Program-made: the position numbers and the translations under genes
NCBI GenBank assembly: GCA_041609995.1
Contig: JBFIPU010000092.1
Location: 1 to 10,855, forward strand
Reading direction: 5' to 3'
Origin: Acidimicrobiia bacterium
Lineage (GTDB): Bacteria; Actinomycetota; Acidimicrobiia; Spongiisociales; SHLN01
DNA: 10,855 nt
Shown: one piece after another, positions 5,803 through 10,855 of the stretch
Position numbering within the stretch: position 1 is the first letter of the stretch
Layout of the letters: each line of letters begins with the position of its first letter
The notes under the pieces: model-generated
What the model was told of the DNA's origin: nothing
Databases searched by the model: none
What the model saw: the letters and a program-made list of their open reading frames with translations, nothing else

Positions 5803-7710
5803 TCATCCGGTCAGGTCGTAGCGCAGGATTTGCAGGCCCTCCGGCGTGGTGCTGAGCGCATACAGACCACCGAAGCCATACCGGAACGTGTTGAACGATC
5901 CGGCACCGGCCCAGCGTGTCACCTGGATCTCATGGGCATTGGCCACCAGATCCGGATCGGTGCCGAGCACCAGCACCCTGACCGGGGCAACCGAGTTGTC
6001 GTCGAAGCTCGAACCCAATACCACCAGTGCGCCGTCGGAGTATCTCGGGTAGCCGAGCACGTCGGCGAACTGGACGGATGAGGCGGTCACGTCGTACGTA
6101 CGAGCTGGGCTGTCTCCGGCCGGCCGGGCAATCACCTCCACCCCGGCGTCATAGGAGATCGCCAGGGCGGTCTCGCCCGGGAGCTCTACAAACGTGCGTT
6201 GCGATACCGGGTCGAGCAGGTTGCCTGCCCCGTCGGCCACCATCGTCCATCGGGGTTGGGAGGCACCCGCCGCCCAATACACGCCATCGGTGGTCGACCG
6301 CAGATCTCCGACACCATCGATCACGCTCTCCACCCGCTTGACGAGCTCGCCGTCGACCAGCGAGAACGCGATGACGTCGTGAGGCGTTTCAGGCCGGTTC
6401 GTCTTGCCCGCCACGATGACCCGTTCACCCACCACGGCCAGCGAGTGCGGCACGATGTCGGTCGGGTCGAAGGTTGCCAGGACGATCGGAGGATCACCGG
6501 CCGCCGGGTAGCGGACGATCCGGTTGTTGTGACTATCGAGCAGCACGATGTCGCCGGTACCGGAGACGTCGAAACAGCACGGTCCGGGGCCCGCTTCCGA
6601 GAGCCCGACTTCATCATCGGCCGTGCCGTACCCGGCAGACACCACCACGTCGCCTGCCAGTGGTTCGGCAGACAGCTGGTCGGCATCGATGTCGTAGTTG
6701 AGAACGGTCGGCGGAACGGGACGAGCCTGCCCGCCCGGTTGCAGCGTCACCGGTACCCGGAAGATGTTGCGGGGAGAACCATCCTCCGCCGAATACTCCA
6801 GGCCCTCCAAGAATGCCTCTGTCGGCTCCTCTACGGCAAAAAGCATGTGCTCGGCGAATTCGCCGAAACAGCCGGAGCCGCAGGTGGCCGTGGTGAACGT
6901 CTCGTCGATGATCAGACCGGACCCGTCCACCAGCCGCAGTGACACCGTCGCTTCGAAGGCATTGGCCAGGCCTTCCACCAGGTATGGGCTCGAGATCCGA
7001 TCGCCGGCCAGCGGCGACGTGATCATCATGAGCGGCAGGAAGTCGTGCCAATCCTCTCGAGTCTGGGGTCCGTCGAGCAGGAGGCCCTCAGTCGAGAACA
7101 CCTGAGCGGGATTACCCTCGATCTCGAGCTGGAGCGCATCCACACCGTCGAACTCGGTGGCGGTGAACACGAGCTGCGCGACACGCGTGGTCACGGCGAA
7201 TGTCCCCCCACCCTGCTCGAACCCCGAGCTGAGGTTGACCGTTGCGACTCCGTCGTCGACTCTGACGCCGAGGATCTCGGTGTCAGAGGGTATGAAGGTG
7301 GCCAGCTGGTCGGCACCGGTATCTTCCGGTGCGATGCCCTGGATCAAGGCGGCCACAGCCGCCCGGACCCGGTCGGAAAAGGTCGACCCGGCAGTCACGG
7401 ATACGGTCCGACCCACCGGCATGAGATGCGGTCCTTCTTTGAATGTCTCGGTCACGTGGTCGGCCATGAAGTACAGGGTCATCCGCTCGTCGCTGGTCAC
7501 CGGGGCCGTGGTAGGCGGGGTCGTGACCGGGGCGGTTGGAGGCGGGGCGGCGGTGGTGGGCACCACCGGCTGCGGCGGGTCGTTCTGAGCCAGGACGTAG
7601 GCGCCGATGCCGATCAGTACGGCGAGGAGCACGGTCCCGAGCGCGAACCATTTCCAGCCCGGACGACGGGGTTGAGGATCAGACACCCGGGGAGGTGTCA
7701 AGGTAGCCAT
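5803..7710 (-). CDS. Membrane-anchored LpqB-like envelope protein, 635 aa. It has an N-terminal TM helix, a Pro/Thr-rich linker, a GerMN domain, a Gmad2 (Ig-like) domain and a C-terminal Gmad1-type beta-propeller.
   Basis: A strong SD (AGGAAGGAAACA) precedes the ATG. The TM helix is WKWFALGTVLLAVLIGIGAYVLA, followed by a PTTAAPPPTAPVTTPPTTAPVT linker. The GerMN-like block runs from MTLYFMADH to LQLEIEGNPAQVF. The Gmad2-like block is SPYLVEGLANAFEATVSLRLVDGSGLIIDETFTTATCGSGCFGEF. The rest is about 300 aa of repetitive beta-rich sequence. Domain calls are from memory of Pfam GerMN/Gmad1/Gmad2 signatures, not from a search. Confidence 0.8.
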   Translation of the reverse strand: MATLTPPRVSDPQPRRPGWKWFALGTVLLAVLIGIGAYVLAQNDPPQPVVPTTAAPPPTAPVTTPPTTAPVTSDERMTLYFMADHVTETFKEGPHLMPVGRTVSVTAGSTFSDRVRAAVAALIQGIAPEDTGADQLATFIPSDTEILGVRVDDGVATVNLSSGFEQGGGTFAVTTRVAQLVFTATEFDGVDALQLEIEGNPAQVFSTEGLLLDGPQTREDWHDFLPLMMITSPLAGDRISSPYLVEGLANAFEATVSLRLVDGSGLIIDETFTTATCGSGCFGEFAEHMLFAVEEPTEAFLEGLEYSAEDGSPRNIFRVPVTLQPGGQARPVPPTVLNYDIDADQLSAEPLAGDVVVSAGYGTADDEVGLSEAGPGPCCFDVSGTGDIVLLDSHNNRIVRYPAAGDPPIVLATFDPTDIVPHSLAVVGERVIVAGKTNRPETPHDVIAFSLVDGELVKRVESVIDGVGDLRSTTDGVYWAAGASQPRWTMVADGAGNLLDPVSQRTFVELPGETALAISYDAGVEVIARPAGDSPARTYDVTASSVQFADVLGYPRYSDGALVVLGSSFDDNSVAPVRVLVLGTDPDLVANAHEIQVTRWAGAGSFNTFRYGFGGLYALSTTPEGLQILRYDLTG

Positions 7711-7800
7711 TGTTTCCTTCCTAGAAAAGGGGCGCTGGCGGCGCCGGTGTGCGGGGGCTCATCGCCCCCGCAATGCGGTGTTGCATTCACCGTATTGGAC
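7711..7800 (-). promoter_or_regulatory. Structured 5' leader / intergenic attenuator-like element upstream of the LpqB-like gene.
   Basis: Reading the minus strand, there is first a small hairpin, CGGTG-aatgcaa-CACCG. Then comes a perfect 8-bp GC hairpin, GCGGGGGC-gatga-GCCCCCGC (plus 7751-7771). A third hairpin, GGCGC-cgcca-GCGCC (plus 7731-7745), is followed by CCTTTTCT and then the SD AGGAAGG and ATG. An AT-rich island just upstream (plus 7800-7850) holds a possible promoter (TTACCG-17-TCCAAT). Confidence 0.35.
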
Positions 7801-7880
7801 GTCGAGATTGATAATTCGGTAAGGAATTTTTTCGCGTTTGACCGTGATTTTTCGGGTCGGTCGGTTTGCAACCGGCGGCC

Positions 7881-8363
7881 TCACTCACACGGTATGCGGG
7901 CCTGGATCGTGATGCCGTTGGTCCTCAAATCGGAATAGACGACGTACTCGATGCCTCCGATCTCGGCTACCAGCTCGTCGAAGGTGGCGCCTGCGTATGA
8001 ATCGATCATGGAGCCGGTCGCCAGCCAGCGCTCCTGGGTGTTTCTCACGATGTTTGCGGCGTGGATTCGCTCATCGTCTGATTCAAAGGTGGCACCTCTG
8101 GTCACCACCTGCGCTAGTGGCTGCTGGTCAACCGGGTGCTGCCCGCAGCCCCCTTCTGCCTCCCATACGGACTCTGTGTACTCCAGGGGGCTGTTAGCCG
8201 TGATGCCGTCCAACTCATGGCGGGCGAGATCGAGCGGGGTCTCGCCGCCGCCGGGGTCCTCACATCCTGTCAACAGGAGCGCGGTCGAGACTAGAAATGC
8301 CACCGCGAGATCCCGCGATCCCTTGCGTTCGCAGCGGCGGTCGGCGCCGGCCGATCTTGGCAT
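7881..8363 (-). CDS. Putative lipoprotein (160 aa) with a lipobox LLLTGC, a small secreted domain of unknown family and two further Cys.
   Basis: The signal peptide has a charged n-region, the hydrophobic stretch VAFLVSTALLL and a lipobox L-T-G-C. The gene sits 39 bp downstream of the flotillin gene on the same strand, so it is probably co-transcribed. The start (ATG 8363) is uncertain. Confidence 0.6.
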   Translation of the reverse strand: MPRSAGADRRCERKGSRDLAVAFLVSTALLLTGCEDPGGGETPLDLARHELDGITANSPLEYTESVWEAEGGCGQHPVDQQPLAQVVTRGATFESDDERIHAANIVRNTQERWLATGSMIDSYAGATFDELVAEIGGIEYVVYSDLRTNGITIQARIPCE

Positions 8364-8402
8364 CGACTCAATCCAGTCGGACGACGTTCGGCAGTGACGG
8401 GC

Positions 8403-9719
8403 CTAAATTGCGGTGGGTGGCGTCGGCTCGGGCTGCTCTTTGGCGGTGGTGTCGACCACGCCGTCGGTGCGCTTGGCGAGAGCGTCGAGGATGTTGACGC
8501 CGGTCGCATTCTCGATCTGCTCGGTGATCGAGATCACGGCCGCCGGCATCTGGCTCACGACACCAGGGATGCCCTGGCCCGATCCACCCTGGCCGCCACT
8601 GTCGATGACCGAGATCTTGTCGATGTTGACGCCTTTGACGGTGTCTACGATTTGCGCCACCAGCTCGGGCAGCATGTTGAGCACGAAGATCTCCTGGGCG
8701 TCATCGCCCGCCAGCTGGTATTGGTCTGTCAACCGTCGGAACACCTCCACCTGGGCGTTGCCGTCCTCGATGATCTTGGCCGCCCGGCCTTTGGCCTCCA
8801 GCTCCATGGCCTCTTTGCGAGCCTGGGCGGGGGTGATGACGTCGGCTTCGAGGCGGCGCTTCTGCAATTCGATGCGCTCTTGCTCCAGGTCCTGCTCGGC
8901 CACGGCCTTGGCCTTCTCACCGGCCACGACCGCCTCTGCCTCGCGGGCCACTGCTTCGGCTTCGAGCTGGGCCCGGCGTACGCGGAGCTTGTTCTGCTCT
9001 TCGACAATGTGGAGGTCGGCGGCGACTCGGGCGAGCTCAGACCGCTCGCGACCCGTTGCCTCGGCCTCTTCGGCCTCCGCTTCGCGCATTGCTTCTGACT
9101 CGCGGGCCTCTTTGATGACCATCGCAGTTTGCCGGCGCCCAACGGCTTCGAGGTATCCGACCTGGTCGGTGACATTCTGAATCTTCAGGACGTCGAGCTC
9201 GAGGCCGAGGGTCTTGATGTCGTCGTCGGCTTCGTCGATGAGGGTCTGGGCGAACTTGAGGCGGTCCTCGTTGACTTCTTCCGGCGTCAAGGTCGAGAGC
9301 ACGCCACGCAGGTTGGCTTCGAGGTTTTCCTTGGCGATTTGCTGGATGTAGCCCGATTCTCGGCCCAGGAAACGTTCGACAGAATTCTCCAGCACACCCT
9401 CACGGCTCGAGACCTTGATATTGGCAACGCCCTGCACGTCGAGGGGGATTGCGCCCTTTGAATAGGCGTTGGTGACCGATACCTCGATGGGGATCGTGTT
9501 GAGGTCCATGTAGTCGACCTTCTCCAACAGTGGGACCCGCAGAGTGCGACCACCCTTGATGACCCGATAGCCGACAGTCCGGCCATCGGGGAGCCCCCGG
9601 TTCCGACCAGATATGACGGCCACCTGGTTGGGGGGCACGATCACGATCAGGCTCTTGATAGCTGCCACTGCCGCCAGGATGATGGCAACCAAGGCCACCG
9701 CGCCGATGAGCCATCCCAT
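8403..9719 (-). CDS. Flotillin-family SPFH/band-7 protein (FloT/YuaG-like), 438 aa.
   Basis: An N-terminal TM helix (LIGAVALVAIILAAVAAI) is followed by an SPFH domain (VPPNQVAVISGRN...) and a long Glu/Ala-rich coiled-coil flotillin region (EAEAEEAEA..., EAEAVAREAEAVVAGEKAKA). The SD GAGGT precedes the ATG. The start lies 8 bp after the NfeD stop. Confidence 0.9.
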   Translation of the reverse strand: MGWLIGAVALVAIILAAVAAIKSLIVIVPPNQVAVISGRNRGLPDGRTVGYRVIKGGRTLRVPLLEKVDYMDLNTIPIEVSVTNAYSKGAIPLDVQGVANIKVSSREGVLENSVERFLGRESGYIQQIAKENLEANLRGVLSTLTPEEVNEDRLKFAQTLIDEADDDIKTLGLELDVLKIQNVTDQVGYLEAVGRRQTAMVIKEARESEAMREAEAEEAEATGRERSELARVAADLHIVEEQNKLRVRRAQLEAEAVAREAEAVVAGEKAKAVAEQDLEQERIELQKRRLEADVITPAQARKEAMELEAKGRAAKIIEDGNAQVEVFRRLTDQYQLAGDDAQEIFVLNMLPELVAQIVDTVKGVNIDKISVIDSGGQGGSGQGIPGVVSQMPAAVISITEQIENATGVNILDALAKRTDGVVDTTAKEQPEPTPPTAI

Positions 9720-9727
9720 CTGTTACC

Positions 9728-10354
9728 TCACTCTCGTCCGTCTTCGAGACCGGGTAGCGGCGCTACCAGAGCGGTCCCATTGTTTACCTCGACCACGACG
9801 ACGGAATCCCCGACGTCAAAATGCTTGTCGTCTTTGGCGCGATAGGGGAGCGCCACCAGAAAATGGGGCTGCCCATCGATATCGGCTTTGATGCGTCCCC
9901 GCCGGGAAGGTCCCAGCGGAATGACGACCTGGGCGGCGCGTCCTGCCAGCTGTCTGTTGGTGAGCTCGGAACTCGCTTCCGACCCTTTGAGGTACTTGAA
10001 CAGCTGCCCGTTGACGACGGCCGCAAAGCCCCCTCCCGCCAGCGCCGCAACCAGCGATGCGATGGTGCCGCTGTCGGTCAGAAAGGTGAATGCGAGACCG
10101 ATGAGGCCAAAGAAGGCGGCGAAGAACACGAGCGAACGGAATGAGATGAGCGAGGCGAAGAATTGGCCGATGTCGCCCAGCACGCCATCGGCATCGAAGT
10201 CGATATCCGGGCCGTCGACGTCCACATCCACGTCAAAGTCGACGTCGGAATCGAAATCCAGATCAACGTCCCCCTCGAAGTCGAGGCCGCCGAGGATCAT
10301 GAGGAGTACGAACACTCCGCCAAAGATGGCTGACGCGCCATAAAACCACGGCAT
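9728..10354 (-). CDS. NfeD-family membrane protein (YuaF-like short NfeD with a C-terminal OB-fold), 208 aa, carrying an unusual acidic (D-X)n insertion.
   Basis: Two hydrophobic segments flank a 35-aa poly-Asp alternating stretch. The C-terminal beta-rich domain (HFLVALPYRAKDDKHFDVGDSVVVVEVNNGTALV) is typical of the NfeD OB-fold. The position immediately upstream of flotillin is the conserved NfeD-flotillin operon arrangement. A good SD (AAAGGGA) is present. Confidence 0.85.
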   Translation of the reverse strand: MPWFYGASAIFGGVFVLLMILGGLDFEGDVDLDFDSDVDFDVDVDVDGPDIDFDADGVLGDIGQFFASLISFRSLVFFAAFFGLIGLAFTFLTDSGTIASLVAALAGGGFAAVVNGQLFKYLKGSEASSELTNRQLAGRAAQVVIPLGPSRRGRIKADIDGQPHFLVALPYRAKDDKHFDVGDSVVVVEVNNGTALVAPLPGLEDGRE

Positions 10355-10375
10355 AAGGATCCCTTTCTGCTCGCG

Positions 10376-10400
10376 ATTCTATCGGCAGGCGGGAGTTGTC
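10376..10400 (-). promoter_or_regulatory. Putative promoter/operator of the NfeD-flotillin operon, holding one copy of the shared CCTGCCGATA motif.
   Basis: The minus strand reads GACAACtcccgCCTGCCGATAGAATcgcg...AAAGGGAtccttATG. TAGAAT is a good -10. The 10-mer CCTGCCGATA recurs upstream of the small ORF at 10623-10632. Confidence 0.3.
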
Positions 10401-10416
10401 TGCTGAGGGGGTTGTC

Positions 10417-10611
10417 TCAGCCGGCCTGGCGGAAGGGATCGAAGGTGGCTCGCTCGAATCGGCGATCGAGGGGCAACGAGATGATTCGGCTGTTGGGTCG
10501 ATGGGGTCCGTCGGCTTCGATCAGGTCTGAGACCAGTACGCCTCGTACCAAATCGTGGTTGCAGTGCTCTTCACACCTGCGGTAGGGATCATCGACGTAT
10601 GTGTGTTCCAT
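10417..10611 (-). CDS. Hypothetical small protein (64 aa) with a C-x3-C / His-rich N-terminal motif (CEEHCNHD). It may be leaderless.
   Basis: The ORF has moderate GC3 (about 69%) and favours C-ending codons. There is no SD. The shared motif GAACAACacCTGCCGATAACTA ends 7 nt upstream of the ATG, which is leaderless geometry. No family recognised. Confidence 0.35.
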   Translation of the reverse strand: MEHTYVDDPYRRCEEHCNHDLVRGVLVSDLIEADGPHRPNSRIISLPLDRRFERATFDPFRQAG

Positions 10612-10618
10612 GCCGGGG

Positions 10619-10640
10619 TAGTTATCGGCAGGTGTTGTTC
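10619..10640 (-). promoter_or_regulatory. Second copy of the ACAAC-N-CCTGCCGATA motif, immediately upstream of the small ORF.
   Basis: An exact 10-mer match to the NfeD-upstream copy, with the preceding ACAAC also conserved. GCCGATAA equals the classical sigma-28 (FliA/SigD/WhiG) -10 consensus. Confidence 0.25.
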
Positions 10641-10805
10641 TTCCCCTTGAGGGTCAATCGACCCATTCTCGATCGCACTAGACACCGCGCTCTGTGGCCG
10701 CTCCCGAGTCTTCCGCCGGCCGCACGCCAGATGCTTCCGGCGGTTGGGCGGCTCGGCGGCTCGTTGTTTTGTTTGGGACCTGGGTCGCCCCAATAGGCTG
10801 GCTCC

Positions 10806-10855
10806 ATGGAACACCGCACGCTAGGAGCCTCGCTGCTGGATGTCAGCGTGTTCGG
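10806..10855 (+). CDS. Possible 5' end of a plus-strand gene running off the window (MEHRTLGASLLDVSVF...).
   Basis: The ATG at 10806 opens a GC3-rich frame to the window edge. Only 16 codons are visible and there is no SD. Very tentative. Confidence 0.15.
   Translation, partial: MEHRTLGASLLDVSVF

Noticed and set aside
6199-6942. 247-aa plus ORF, and the 297-aa plus ORF at 7045-7938, antisense to the LpqB-like gene
   Set aside because: Arg/Gly/His-rich shadow frames inside a well-supported gene. No start signals.
8394-9180. 234-aa and 255-aa plus ORFs antisense to the flotillin gene
   Set aside because: Low-complexity (Leu/Gly/Asp or Ser/Ala/Arg-rich) mirror frames of the EA-rich coiled-coil. 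Artefacts.
10521-10819. 97-aa and 65-aa minus ORFs overlapping the small-ORF promoter region
   Set aside because: Poor codon bias, and they overlap the more plausible small ORF and its upstream motif. Likely non-coding intergenic sequence.
1-10855. Mobile elements, integrases, tRNA/rRNA genes, and toxin-antitoxin or defence-system genes
   Set aside because: No transposase or integrase motifs, no terminal inverted repeats, and no tRNA-like T-arm (GGTTCGAATCC-type) were seen. No nuclease or ATPase pair is arranged like a known defence system. The EEP protein is membrane-anchored and solitary.

Overview
High-GC window (roughly 65% by eye, not computed), most likely actinobacterial chromosome, about 85% coding with 11 to 12 genes. 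Reading left to right: a low-coding-density leader region (1-544); a hypothetical protein (+); a 36-bp tandem repeat array filling a convergent intergenic gap; a malic enzyme with an N-terminal ACT domain (-); a divergent promoter leading into a tightly coupled DUF3052/DUF2237 pair (+); an EamA/DMT transporter (-) whose stop overlaps the DUF2237 stop; a membrane-anchored EEP (DNase I-like) protein (-); and a large LpqB-like envelope protein (-) with a TM anchor, Pro/Thr linker, GerMN, Gmad2 and beta-propeller domains. Downstream of that on the minus strand lies a string of tightly spaced, co-oriented genes: a leaderless-looking small ORF, an NfeD homologue, a flotillin (SPFH) homologue and a novel lipoprotein, with only 8 bp between NfeD and flotillin. 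The most interesting non-coding signals are three. A 10-nt motif, CCTGCCGATA, is repeated upstream of both NfeD and the small ORF and matches the sigma-28 -10 consensus GCCGATAA. The leader of the LpqB-like gene carries two GC hairpins, the second followed by a U-tract 14 nt before the SD. The intergenic region at 1192-1395 holds the MIRU/VNTR-like 36-bp repeat. I saw no tRNA, rRNA, CRISPR array (the 36-bp repeats are contiguous, with no spacers), transposase, integrase or recognisable defence or toxin gene. Several long ORFs in the track are GC-driven antisense or extension artefacts and were trimmed. In particular, the '619-aa' malic enzyme really starts at the ATG at 2789 (466 aa).
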